Position numbers and translations under genes: made by a program. Below are positions 13,471 to 27,210 of a stretch of DNA of 64,000 nucleotides, one piece after another. This stretch comes from Lingula anatina (lineage: Eukaryota; Animalia; Brachiopoda), in the NCBI GenBank assembly GCA_051362555.1, contig CM120640.1:4774001-4838000 (forward strand), given 5' to 3'. Position 1 is the stretch's first letter, and the number at the start of each line of letters is the position of its first letter. The notes under the pieces were generated by a model. The model searched no databases and had not been told where the DNA came from. It saw only the letters and a list, made by a program, of their open reading frames with translations.

Positions 13471-16046
13471 AGGCATTTTTCACAATCATGTATTTATGAT
13501 GTCCAATGTAAAATAATAATTCAGTTCATGAATTGATTTCTGCAACCATTTGCTTAAACATACTGTATAGGAAAAGTGCACATTTTGTATGATTTATTCA
13601 ACACAAGTCGAAACACTTTTATAGTGAACATGAAATGCTGAGTTCTGAGTGTCGCTTCAATTAAATAACTCCTGTCATGCACTGGATTTCACTCTCCTGA
13701 TGTTCAGATCCTGTCTCCTCAGCTGGTCACAGAGATCTAGGAATATTTTTTGCTGCTTCTACCTTGTGTGTCATCTAGCTGCCTTTTGTACCTGTCATCA
13801 AAAGCTTCCGTTTTTTTTTTTTTTTTTTTTTTTTAAATAATTTACTTGCACCCAATCAGTGTGGCTTGGTGGGAAATGCCTGATCAATTTCCTACATGTA
13901 AATCTAAATTAATAGAAAGATAACAATAGTGATTTTTATTCATATTATAACTTACAACATTACAGTTGAAAGGAGCAGAATTTAACATTTTTACAGAGGA
14001 AAGTGCAAAATTATTTCATGAGGTTATTTAAGTTATATGTCAATTACACTTGAGGTAGAATTTACTTGCAAAATAAAATTACTCTTATCACTACACCAAA
14101 TCGAAAATTAAGCCACTAACTTCCAAATACACTTCATACAGGTAATTGATTTAATTGGCCCAGCTCAGCTGTGTACAGTACAAATATAGCCTTGACACTA
14201 ATTGGGAATAATGCTAACCAGGTATAAAAGAGGTAGGTGACAGCCGATAAAATCAAGAGAGCACCGTAACTGATAACAAATTACACCCAAGGCAATAGGT
14301 GAGTCTTCATTATAAAAGTCGAAACCCTGCCTGGGTATTTCCACACGTTTTAACAAATTAACACACTCTCCATCCACACTTTTTGGGCACTACTTTAAAT
14401 ATATACGTGCGCCCCAAACGTACACACCTACGTCTTTGGTGTTCTACTGTTTTTTCTTTTATGGTAAATCTGCACAGTTGGCTCTTCATTCTTTGCTATA
14501 AAATAAATTAGTTTTATCCTTTACTTTTCCGAAGAGTCTTGATTCAAAGCCACCTCGCCGTCTCTCCTCCGTTTATGGTTTTAGTTCCTTCACCATGGAT
14601 TGTTACCACTGCAGGCAGCCTGTGAACGCTTGTAAAGTTAGTTATCTTCTCTCGATCAAATAACCTGCAGTAATTCATCATTTTGCTCGGTTTAATATCA
14701 AAGAAAATACAGAAAACGAAAACTGAACTACAGACATGGCTTGTTCATGCGCAGCAGACGATTCCGGTCTCCCTCCAGAATGGCTGCCGTTTGTTTTGAT
14801 GACGCAGGCTCTAATGGGTCAATTGGGATTCAGTAAACAATTTCAAGATTATTCAAAGATCTGTTCCAGATTTACTCCTCCTGGTCACGACTGTGATCAC
14901 CATACTAATGTTAACAAAGCTAAGAACATCAATATTGTGATCACAGCGCCGAAAAAGCAGGTGGATAGTTCTTCTGAGATACACAGAATGTTATCATCAC
15001 CAATACCCTCCTTCCCCAAGGTTTTAGTACATATTAACATTTAGATATCGGGCATCTCTTGAACGCCTGCATTAGCATGAGTTTGGGCTATATTAAACTG
15101 TGAATGACGGCGCTACGGGTATCCGAGAAAACTGCACGAAAACCGGTTGTGTCCTTTTCACGAGGTGAAAGATGAGCTACACTTAAGTTCCATTGCATCA
15201 AATATGCATCAGAGATGTTAGGGTTATAAGAACTAACGGGAATACGTATCCCGAATTCCCTGTTGAGAAATAATGAGAAATGCATTGCTACTTGTATGCT
15301 ACATACTAAGACCACACAAACCTTGCCGAGTGTAAGTCATAAACGTTTTCAATCTCCTAGCAATTGATGCTTCGTTGCTACTTATAGTATGAACAATGAC
15401 GTACGTTAGATAATTATATTTTACCTTCCATTGTATGTTTTTTTTCTGTCATTCATTGTACTTAATCACTGCAGCTGTGGTTAATTTGATTACAATAAAC
15501 AATAATTAAAAATAATTATGACATCAGTTCTTCAGTTTAATAAAAAAAAAAATGAAGTAACCAAACCTCGTTTTATACATAGAAACTTTAATGACACTGA
15601 AAAGATGACAAGGCGAGACTTCAAAAGTGATTGGATTAATTGCTTAAACTGCTTTTCATCATCAATTCAATGAAAAAATAACAAGATTGCAAAGAGTACT
15701 GTTAATGGATAAACAGAGCATCATTTTGATGACTTTCATGTACTCCTTGAAATAATAAAATATTGACCCAAAATGAGTGTGAATAATAACTTTAGAACCC
15801 GTGTTCTAGTCCTACATACAGCAGGCTCCAACTTGGATACGTCGCACTGTTTTAGTAAACATGGTGTGTAAACACTGTCAGGTCTTCCAATCTTCCATAT
15901 TGTGAAGATAAGATTCTCAGTGACTAGCTCCAGGCTCCTTCCAATTTCATGAAAAGAAGCAAATGACATTACCATGTGTCTACTGAGTAGAATGTGGAAA
16001 TAAAAAAAAGCCTCATCACAAATTGTATTTGTGATGAGAGTCTATG

Positions 16047-16854
16047 CTATTGGTTGGCCTGTTCACATGCATCGATCCAATCACTGTACACATCAACTGC
16101 CTCTGAAAGATCTGACAACAGTTAAGATGCATAACAAATGTCAATTAAAAATCTAAACCAGTGTACCTTTCATGATTATTATTTGGTTAGTTTTATCATG
16201 AGATTGATTTATTCTAAAATGTTAAAATCAAAGGCTGTGCTATTTTTAAAATCTCTTTCTTTATTGTCATTTTTTAAAATTATTTTTACCTAGTCAGGAA
16301 GTGTAAAAAAAAAAGCATAATAAAAGGATACAATTAATTGTGGTCTGAAAATCTTCAAGACAAACATTGCAAGTTATAACTCCCACATTCCTTGCTCGAT
16401 CTCTGAAAAAATAAAAAGAAATTTAAATGCAGAATATATATTGACACTGAATAAATTTTTTCTTTGACAGCAAAAAGGAATCTAATTTATCAACAGTTTA
16501 AGACTTCTTGCAGCAGGATTGACTATATTCTTATCTTAGCCAAATCCCTTTCACTTATAAGCTAAATGAAATCTATCGGTAAAAGAAATTCTAATCTGGT
16601 TAACACATGATTTTTGGTTTGTTTGTTTTCTTTTCATACATTTTATACTACTAACAATGCTAGCGAGAGCCAAACATGAAGTAGCATGTTTTATTGTGCC
16701 AATCATCTCTATTAACTGTAAGGTTTTCTTGTACTTACAAATTCACTTCACAGGACTTTTCGTGATTACAAAATGGGCAGTTAAACATGGTATCCAACTT
16801 CTCTAATATCTTCCGTTTGGGAGGGGGCTTATTTGCCTTCTTTCTACGTCCCAT
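16047..16854 (-). CDS. ELOF1: Transcription elongation factor 1 homolog (83 aa, Zn ribbon)
   Basis: Exons 16739-16854, 16332-16402, 16047-16111 translate to [83 protein letters not shown]. Absent from the ORF track. Probable 5' UTR exon near 17376-17410. Confidence 0.97.
16112..16331 (-). other. U12-type (minor spliceosome) GT-AG intron in ELOF1
   Basis: Donor GTATCCTTTT; branch-like ATCTTAAC ending 9 nt before the 3' end of the intron; no long polypyrimidine tract. Confidence 0.9.
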
Positions 16855-17375
16855 TTTCTGGTGATCTAGAAATACAAAACTTTTTATAACATTTCATACA
16901 CAAACTCTAAGCAATTAAGAGATTTAAGTCACAGAAATGAAAGTAAGCTATAATCGCATTCTAAAACAAAGGAATGAAAGTGCTGTTATTTCAGACTCTA
17001 TAAATGTTTTTGCTTATTAAATTGTGCCTCATTTTGTTAAAAAGTATGGGCACTAATTGACATTCATTGTGAATACCAAAAGTTCAATATACCTGGGTAT
17101 ATATCAAAATGTGTGGCGAATACATTGTTTGCTACTATAGCGCGCCACACATGCATAAACACTGCCATAACCTTAATACGCAGTTGTTACTATAGTACAT
17201 GTACGTTTCATTTGAACCACATGGCGAGGCTATTTCAAGCACAGACGGGTGGTTTGCTTCAATACAACTATCTCTTTCCTTTGAACAGACCACATTCTGA
17301 AAGATACTAATCTTAAGGACCAAGGAGTGTGGTAATAAACATGAGTATCATGACAAATACGGTAAGTAACGTTAC

Positions 17376-17490
17376 CTTATCGTTTGTCTTGTGGTCCCTT
17401 TCACGCCGGAAGTTTGAAGAGAATAGAAAATGGCGATTATACAGCTAACCGATTTGGGGAGAAATTTTGACTTAAAAATAAGAACACATG
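17376..17490. promoter_or_regulatory. Bidirectional promoter ELOF1/ERCC4
   Basis: CCGGAAGT near 17406, YY1-like AAAATGGCG near 17427, and outward-facing donors (minus strand AG|GTAACG near 17376; plus strand |GTAAGT near 17490). Confidence 0.7.
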
Positions 17491-18462
17491 TAAGTGAGAG
17501 TTTTAAAAAATTACAGTAACATACAATTTTGAATATTGAACAAACTGATTAGCTATGATATTATATCAATATCACTTTTTTTATTTTTGACTTCAAGATA
17601 ACCTTTGTATTTTCCGGCCTAATCTTTATTTTGAATGTTTACAATATGTCTTCGTACACGCGGGAGAGGAGGCACTGTTTTGTTTTCACTTTTAATTATG
17701 CATGAAAGGTCGCAATCGATTCAACATTTTAGTTGATTTATTTTTTGGTGAGAAGATTCTGAAAAATAATTTGGCGGTATGTTTCCAACTTTTGTATATT
17801 TTATTGAAATAAATATATTTTTGCTGATGTAGCTATATTTTACGCTCTTACTAGGCTTACCCGGTTGTTTAGTTTGCCAGCAAAAAATCTGGGCTGCGGG
17901 GTCTATTAATGCCTGTTGAATTGTTCACAGTTTGATAAAACTTAAATTCACGAATGACGCGTGTGATTCTAATACGTTATTTATTTGTTTATTTATTTAT
18001 TTATTTTTGCATGTGAAGTCTATTTGTTTGGTTGCCTCAGTTTTCTGCCCTACAGTAGCTTACATGCACTTACCGCAAGTTAGGCAACGCATTGGTATGT
18101 AAGGGCTCATAAAACCTGTGTTACAAACTCCTGAAACTTTAAATAACCACATCCTGGATATACTGTTTGCCCTCCATCGCACCTTGTACAGGTAGAGAAC
18201 TGTATATCATATGAAAGTTATGTTCATTTTCATCACCAATTTTGACAGTACTGTACATAGCACTTTTAATCCAGTTATCCAGCAGTACTACCATTTCTGC
18301 ATGTCATCTGTAAGTGACATCACATATAGCCTTGAGATTTGGGCACACAGGGTGTTATGACCCTAACCTAACCAAGACTGAAAACGAAGGCAAATTTTTT
18401 CCTTTGATTATTTCAGAAAACATTGTATATTAATAGAAGGTATGGGGCATTGAACATCAAAG

Positions 18463-21400
18463 ATGACTGAAAAAATTATGATTGAGTATGAAAACCAAAT
18501 GTTTCTTGATCTCTTCCATGAAGATGGACTTCTAGTCACAGGAAGGTATTATAGTTTGGTACAATTAATCACCTTGTATGATAAAATTGCACATGATCTT
18601 TTCCTCCTAGCTCGGGCAAATGAAATTAATCTAAAAAGTTAAAAATCTTTTTTAGAAATCAGTTGTCAAGTGACATCAAGGGTGATCAGATCCATGACTT
18701 AAATTTCAGTTACAAAATATAAGATCTTAATTTTTTTGTAATTATGTAGTTGATTTGAAGATTTTAACTAACAGAACTAAATGGTTTTATTTTTATTTGC
18801 ATATTTCAGAGGTCTTGGCATTGACAGGATTTTTATTGATTTTCTGAAGCTGTACTGTGATCCTGGCAACCTGGTGCTAGTTCTTAATGCAGGGGACAAG
18901 GAAAAGGTATGAGTAGCCTTTTGTTTATGTTTTGTTCACTGCTGCCCCCTACTTAATACTTTTCAATTTTAAAATCTCAATGTGATTGGATTGGGATTTA
19001 TTTGTTTTCTTCATTACGATATACTTTTCATAATCTTTGTCTCTTATTTTTCAGGAATACTTTATAGATGAATTAAGAAAACAAGGGACATCTCCACTGC
19101 CAAAAATAATCACAACAGAATACAATGCCAATGATAGGTAGTTACTCACTGACCATTGCTTGTGTAATATAATTATTTAATATGATTTAGCTTTAATGCT
19201 TGATGAATATCACAAAGAGTTTGACAATGAAGACAGAGTTAACCAGTCTGTTTTTACCTTTTGGTTGTGTGTCTTTAAGCAATATACCTGAAGGTACATC
19301 CTGAAGTGCATCTTTAATAAGCAAAAGGCATTGTGATCCTTTGAGAATAAAACCAACTTAACAATTGAATATTTTTATTACACCAGGCACTCCATTTACA
19401 TGCAGGGAGGGGCTTTATTTGTCACTTCCCGTATTCTTGTTGTGGACATGCTGACAGAACGCCTACCTATAGATTTAGTCACTGGCATTCTGGTATTTAA
19501 GGCTCATAAGTAAGTACTATTTATGAATGTTCCAACGTTAAATTGGCCCCAGTTAAGATGCACTTTGTAGAATAGATACGTACATGTGTTTAAATTGGTT
19601 AACTGATTTGTTTACTTTGATTGGTGAGCTATAATCACCTGTTTTGTCAGTGCTATGTCTATAAAGTTGAGAAAGATGGGTGTAATGAGGATAAAGAATA
19701 TATATGTGCCTATCTATTATATGTCTGTTTACACCAAAGTTTAAATAATTCAAAATTTTTTTTTCATTTCAGGATTGTTGAATCTTGCCAAGAAGCCTTC
19801 ATTATAAGACTATACAGGCAGAAAAATAAAGTAATTTTTATTTATTTCTTTATTTTTTGCAAATTTTTTATGTTGATTTATAATGAAAAAATATAGAATT
19901 TCCATACACACCTGAAACAGATGTGGTGTCAGTTTTTAATGGTCTACATTATCTTTTCCAAAAAGAAAAAGCAATTAAAAGTTATACTTAAACAAAATAA
20001 TTGATTTATTTAATCATTATGTTTTCAATTGATACAATATTAAGATTCATGCAATACAATATTAAGATTCATGCAAAGTAAGAACTTGGAAGCTGAAGTT
20101 GCATGTATTCTGTCTGAAAATCTGTCTGAAGTGTACATGTTCTATGATTGGATAATTATTGCATAATTTAGGTTGGGTTTGTGAAAGCATTCTCTGACAG
20201 TCCCCAGTCCTTTACAGCAGGGTTTTGTCAGGTGGAAAGGGTGATGAAGAGTTTGTTTGTCAGGAAGCTGTACCTTTGGCCCAGGTTCCATGCCTCAGTG
20301 GTCTCTTGTCTTGATGAACACAAGGTAAAGCCCTTTCCACATTGAGTGGCCCATTTCATCAGACTGGTTTACTTTGAGAGACTGACAAATTATAGCCTGA
20401 TTACTATGTAAGAAAATAACCTAAACGGAGCCCTTATCTTCGACATGGCCAATTCAGTAACTTGACAACAGAAAGTGAATTTGTGATTGTTGGAAACTTG
20501 GAAAAGGGATGAAATCCTCCTGTAACATAATTACATGTTAAGACTTCTCAAGTTAAGTATATCTAAGGGATGTGAAAAGGGCTCAAGTATATTCTGTGAA
20601 TGAACTAAATTTGTGATTCTGGTTTAACTTGGAATTTAGACTTATGAAGCGCCTTAGGTAATATATAATGTCAAGCACTGTAATACTCTCAAAAACTTGA
20701 TATCGTCATCATCTCATTTTGAACCAGTTTACTTAAACCAAGGAGTTACAACTGTCTGTTGTAACTCCTTGCTTAAACTTATTATGTTGCTATGCTGTAT
20801 TCATGAAGCTACATATTTCCAGGCTGAGGTTGTTGAGCTCCACCTACAGCTAACTCCAGCAATGCTTGCATGTCAGACAGCTCTTCTGGACCTGATTAAT
20901 GCTTGCATCAAGGAGCTGAAGAGATATAACCCAACAGTAAGTAGCACGTAGGGGTTTAACAGGAAAAAAATATATACAACATTTATCATTTTCATAGGTC
21001 AGATTATGACAAGTACTGAATATCTATAAAGATCAATTACAGGTGAAATTTACTAATACAACAGTAGCATGAAAAATGAAGCAATCATTTCATTACAGAA
21101 ATTTTTATTGTTGATTTCTATTTGATACTTTTTGACATGCTTTGATATTTTTCCTCAGTTTGATACAGATGAAATAACTGTAGAAAATGCCATCACCAAG
21201 TCATTTGACCAAATAATTCGCCTCCACCTGGACCCTATATGGCATCAGCTGGGAGCAAAGACCAGGCAGCTAGTTGCTGATATCAAGACTTTGAGGCTGT
21301 TGTTGAAGTAGGTTTCTTTATATCTTTGTAAAAGTATCTTGAGAATCTTGAAATTGTGGACTGTATTAATTTTTGTGTGGGTGTTGGTTCATCTAACATA

Positions 21401-24400
21401 TATTTAATGTGCTTTGTTTATATGCATATGCTTGATCAGTTAAATGTGCATGTACTGTAGTAGGTGGGAAGCAGATAAATGAAACAATCTACACTACTTG
21501 TTAATACCATAGCACATATCTTACCATATTGCTTTCATTATACTCAGTTCTGTACTTAAATTTATACATATACATAATTTTTTTTTGTTTTAGACACCTG
21601 ACACAGTATGACTGCATCACATTTTACAATCTTGTAGATTCTATAAGGTAAGTAGGGAAAAGTAATCACATATTCAGGCTGCAGTATCATAGGATAATGA
21701 TTTTGAGAAATTCTTTAATTTGGCAGTTGAAAAAAAGGCAAATCATTCTATACATAATAATTATTTGTACAATTATTTGGTTTATTGCATTTAAATGAAA
21801 AATAGTCTCTTTTTTTCAGATCAAATGAAATAACATTTGGACAAAATTCTGGATGGCTGTTCCTAGAAGCAGCTGATAATCTTTTCACTGTAAGTCTTAA
21901 ATAAAAAGAATGTCATGCCATTTTAAGTCAGTACTGGTTTGTAACTATTTTATATTAATTTATATTGTGTATTTTATTTTACAATTATTTAGATAAAGAA
22001 AACTATTTCTTTTTAACTTCTAATATTTTGTCTTCATTATTTCAAAGATAATTTTTAATCATGATAATACACTTTTGGAATGTTGAGAAAATTTACTTTT
22101 ATGCCATTATAGCATGCAAAGGAAAGGGTTTATGGGCCAGCAAAAAAGACAAAGAAAGTAAAATCATCTGAAGAAAATTTGGATCCTGTTAAGTCAGATG
22201 CTAAAGGTATATTTGTTAATAGTGTGAACTGTTAATTGGGATGAAATAAAAAATGTTATATAAGAGTCACTTCTGCCCTACATTGTGTATTTTGATTACT
22301 TTGAAAGCATTAACTTCAGTAAAGCATGTAACAAGAAATAAAAACATTTTTTCAAACACTAGTCTAGAAATATTGTAAATACTTGTGTCAAACAATATTT
22401 AAAGAAAATGTATCTTGTATTTTAGGTCCAGTCCTTGAAGAATGTCCAAAGTGGAAAATTCTTGCTGAGATCCTAAAGGAGATTGAGGAAGAAAATGAGA
22501 GTGTGTCCAGTACACTTGGTCCAGGCAGAGTACTGATTGCTGCAGAGGATGACAGGACTTGTAATCAAATAAAACAGGTAGATATGTGTATATTTCATCC
22601 TCTTTTCTATTTTGAAGGAGTAAATGGTACAGAAGAAGAAGAAGTGAATATGGAACATATTTTTGTTTCCTCTTTTTGAGCTTTTTAGCGGAACTGATAC
22701 AGAAATGAGACTTCACTGTTTGGCCTTGGTCAGAGTATACTAATACATTACTTGTTCTTGAAATATATCAATATTGTTTCATTTGAATGCATGCTAAGCT
22801 ATTGTTTCTATTATTTCAGTATTTGAGTGATGGAGGACATACTTTGCTAAAGAGGTTATTTGATAAATCAGTTGGGAGAAAGACAGGACAGGTAAAAAAA
22901 ATTGGACATTTGTGCTTAGTGACAAATCATGGAAATGCTTTATAACAGGAAACAATGAAAAGAAGACACATTTGTTGTATTGATTTTAACTTTCATATTT
23001 GTTCAATAGAAATGGTAAATTTTAGTTAAAGGTACATATGAACCGAACAGCGGTGAAGCGTGGATTCCCAGTAACACTTATAAGCCACTTCTACTAGTTT
23101 CTTATACGACTCAAATAAATTCAACATGCCAAGGGATAAACTGAATAAATTACTCGATCAGCCTTAAAAGAGCTTTTGACAGCTAATTTCTTTAAAATTT
23201 TGGTCAGAAATTTAACTCACTTTCGTGACCTACTTTTCTGCCCATTGATATACAGCATAGAATGTTAGCAGAAAAATCCATTCAAATATAATTCTTCGGG
23301 TAATTCTCTTAGTTATACTACTTGAAACTATATGTCGACATTTGGTTGGCTTTTGTGGCCAAAAATTGACTTCATATGCACCTTTAAGATGTGAAATTAT
23401 TCTATTAGAAAGTAGCAGAAGAATCTTCAGCAGCAACAAGGGGCAGGTGGAAAGGGAAAGGAAAGGGCAAAAGTTCAGCCAAAAATACAAAATCCAAGTC
23501 AGAACTTACCTTAACCCAAATGGTAGATAGCCACAATAAAGAAGAGGCTGATGATGATGATGATAAGGTATCTGCCTCTTAATATCAATAGATATGAATT
23601 CAGCTGAAGGATATACCCATGCTGCAATACAGTAGTCAATAGTCTCAATTCTCTATCTCTCTCTCTCTCTCTCTCTTGCACTCTAATAACATTTACCATT
23701 GGTATAATAGACTGAAGAAGACACAGATTCTGTGGAAGAAGAAGACAAGCAGCCCCCATCTTCAGATGCTTATTATGGTGTGCTACAGGAACCAGTGACA
23801 GTGCTCCACCCACTGCATGGCTGTAATGATCCCTATGGGCTGGTGAGAACTCTGAAGGATGTTCAACCAAGATATGTCATTCTGTATGATGCTGACATGG
23901 TTTTTGTAAGACAGCTGGAGGTAAGTCCTTAGTAGGAGACTTTTTTTTTGGGGGGGGGGGGGGTGGAGATTCATATTTAATTTAGACATAAAAGAGATGA
24001 CAGCTCGTTGGCAGATTGTAAATTATAAAGAGCATACGTGTAAGGAGTGAAGTTGTTCTGTTATTCAAAGGTGAAAATAGATAGAGCATGGCAATGACAT
24101 GTCAAAAATGATAAACTTTACATGCCACTATTCATCAAAACTTATTAATCATTTCTAGCTATTTAAAGCTTCGAGGCCAGGTACACCATTGAGGGTATAC
24201 TTCCTAGTGTATGCTGGCTCTGTGGAAGAACAGCGCTACCTCACCACTCTCAGGAAGGAGAAGGAAGCATTTGAACTCTTGATTAAAGAAAAGGCTGTAG
24301 GTCAAAATTTCATTTTCATGAATCAGTGGAGTTGTGGTTATTTGTTAAAGTTAACAAACTATTCTATTTTGGTCTATTTTATGTTCTAGAATTTCTGAAT

Positions 24401-24431
24401 TTGTAACAAAATACTTTGTCCTATGCACAGT

Positions 24432-24494
<63 letters not shown>

Positions 24495-26547
24495 TTATTA
24501 TTTTTTTTTTGGGGGGGGGGGTTGTATGGATAAGAATAAATAAATAGACATTTAATAAAAAAATTTTGCTCACTCTGCAGACAATGGTCATCCCTGAGGA
24601 GAGAGAAGGGAGGCTGCAGAATGATCCCAGTCTATCAAGGGATCCCAAGTCTACTAATGCAAGTAGTAGTACCAGGAAAGGAGGGGTGGAACCCGAGCCA
24701 CCTGTACAACAAAAGGTCAGTCTACAGGAATTGCAAGGAACAATATAAGGAAATGGTTTACCCCTTTAAAAAGTCTACAAGTGTTTCACTTCGATGAACT
24801 GTGTCCTCTTTTCCTCCACCATATCTTTTGTGGTTTCAGATTATTGTAGACATGAGAGAATTTCGCAGTGAGCTTCCGTCTCTTATTCACAGGAGAGGTA
24901 TTGATATTGAACCCGTCACCATTGAGGTAGGAGTTTATGTGTGGCTGCATGAATAGCTTATTTGTTATAAAATTGCTTATGTTCGGAATCAGTTAAATTA
25001 AATAATAATAAATAAATAAAATAAGATTTGGTACTGCTATAACACATTCCAATTTTCTTTTTATTTTTGAGTTAAAGTACCCGGTATAATGCTTACTCAG
25101 AACCCGAGTGCATCTTATTAATAAGCCACTTCATAGATGATAATGTTCAGACTTTTTGATAATTTGAAGTTTAATAATTCTTAGGTTGGGGATTACATCC
25201 TTACTCCAGACATTTGTGTTGAGCGCAAGAGTGTGAGTGACCTCATTGGCTCTTTGAACAATGGCCGCCTGTACAACCAGTGTGCTGCTATGAGTAGGTA
25301 CTATAAGCGACCAGTGCTGCTGATAGAATTTGATGCTAGCAAGCCATTCACATTGCAGGTAGGACAATAGGGGAACATTAAGCTGACAATATTTTATCAT
25401 ACTTCAACTTTTCATTTTGTTAAAAAAAAAAGAAACGTATTCTAAACAACTATTATAAAAGATAAAGATTGTATCAGAGGTACTGTAACTTTAAGATTTT
25501 GTTTTTTCATGCAGACCTATATAGATTATGAATACTCGAGTAAAAATAAATACAAGAGAAAAAAGAATGTTGAAGAGCTCTGAATGGTGTTTTGTTAAGT
25601 TTAATCTTACTCACGTAATCCTATCTAGGGTAAAAGTCAGTACATGTCCAGTGATATCAGCAGTCAAGATGTGACCTCCAGGCTGGCCCTCCTCACCCTC
25701 CACTACCCACAGCTCAGGATACTCTGGTGCCAGAGCCCATATGCCACTGCTGAACTCTTTGAGGAACTTAAGGCAAGTGATGACAAAGACATATTTTATA
25801 CCTACTTCATACCTACCATCAGTATATGTATAGAAGTAATGTTAATGACATTGGTGAGAGCCAATATTCACCAATTGATGGACTGAAGATGTCAGAAGTG
25901 TTAGTTAGTAACATGCAAGACAATTCAGAGCATACAAAGATGATAACAACATGAATATTTTAGGTGTAATAAATATGACATGTAAATTTATCTTTGTTTA
26001 CTCAAAAGGTTGGCAGAGAGCAACCTGATGCTGCAGCAGCTATGACGGTCACAGCGGAGACAGAGCTGACAGAAATTCCAGAGAAGTACAACATGGGCCC
26101 ACAGGTTAGCAGAAATAGCATTCTAAATTGGCATTTAAAACATATCTGAATCATTTTTATATTCACTATTAAATTCAGAATATTTTAAAATATATGTATA
26201 ATACATTTTTTTTAGTTAGACATTTTCTTGCATTGATCACAAATTTTTCAAACTTTGTGAAATCATATTGCCTGAATAACCAATTTAGAAAAAATATCTT
26301 TCAGAATTTTCTACTGAAGCTCCCAGGAATCAGCACAAAGAATGTCTATGCTGTCATGAATGCTGTTCATGACTTGTCTGAACTTGTCTCTTTATCTGAA
26401 GAAAGGATTGCAGAGATACTGGAAAATAAGGCACATGCCAAAACTTTGTGGGATTTCTTACATTCTGAGCAAAAGCAAGTTGAATCCACAGCTGTTCAGA
26501 AACAGCCATTAAGTAAATTTGGAAAAGGATTCAAAAGAAAGCGGTAG
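18463..26547 (+). CDS. ERCC4: DNA repair endonuclease XPF (~22 coding exons)
   Basis: Starts [33 protein letters not shown]. Hallmarks: [77 protein letters not shown] (nuclease motif), [21 protein letters not shown]-terminal HhH FLLKLPGI. Internal exon coordinates approximate. Confidence 0.97.
23030..23383. mobile_element. Non-autonomous TTAA-targeting DNA transposon (Kolobok-like MITE) in an ERCC4 intron
   Basis: TTAA|AGGTACATATGAA ... TTCATATGCACCT|TTAA: 12/13 inverted-repeat match with TTAA on both sides. Confidence 0.75.
23651..23676. repeat. (CT)n microsatellite
   Basis: Seen directly. Confidence 0.85.
24431..24497. repeat. (TTTA)n microsatellite
   Basis: Seen directly; followed by poly-T and poly-G. 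Confidence 0.95.
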
Positions 26548-27210
26548 CAAATCTTGTTTTGTATTATATTGTTATTTATTATTTTTATTACCTTATTCAA
26601 ATTATGTGATAGTGGTGGTAATTTGGAAAAAAAAGCTGCACACTAGAGTTAAATCAGAAAAATGTAACAGTTTAACAACGTGAAGCTTTGTAATTCCATT
26701 GTGACCAATATTAAAACATCGAAATTTTGAAAATGTCTCTTGCTTTATTATTGACGATTTTTTTCAAAAGTAAGAAAACGACAATTTGATGTTCAAGTAA
26801 ACTTTTTATATTTGCCAGCAGTTGTAAAATAACACAAAATAATTCAAATATGTTAAAAAGACAAGATTTTGTATAATTTTTGATGGATTTATTAAACATA
26901 TAGAGAATAAACATAAACATCAATTTTAAGATCTTTCTAAACATATTTCTTTTTTCATGCAACACATTTAAATGCTGATAATTTCAATAACTTCAAGATA
27001 TCTCACTAGACTTTGTTCAAAATAAAGGTTCAATCATCATGACTCATTGATGTAAGATTTTTTCCTGTCTTCAACATTAAATTTTTTGTCCACTGTCCTG
27101 AACACTTAGTAGTAGTAGATTTATACACAATTAAAGCATACAAATACATATGCTTCCTTGGTTCTCCAGCTTTCGCCGGCTTTCCCACCGTAAGTGAACA
27201 CAAACTGCAA

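Noticed and set aside
13640-13795. Minus-strand exon-like block (QKIFLDLCDQLRRQD)
   Set aside because: In-frame stops and no partner exons identified
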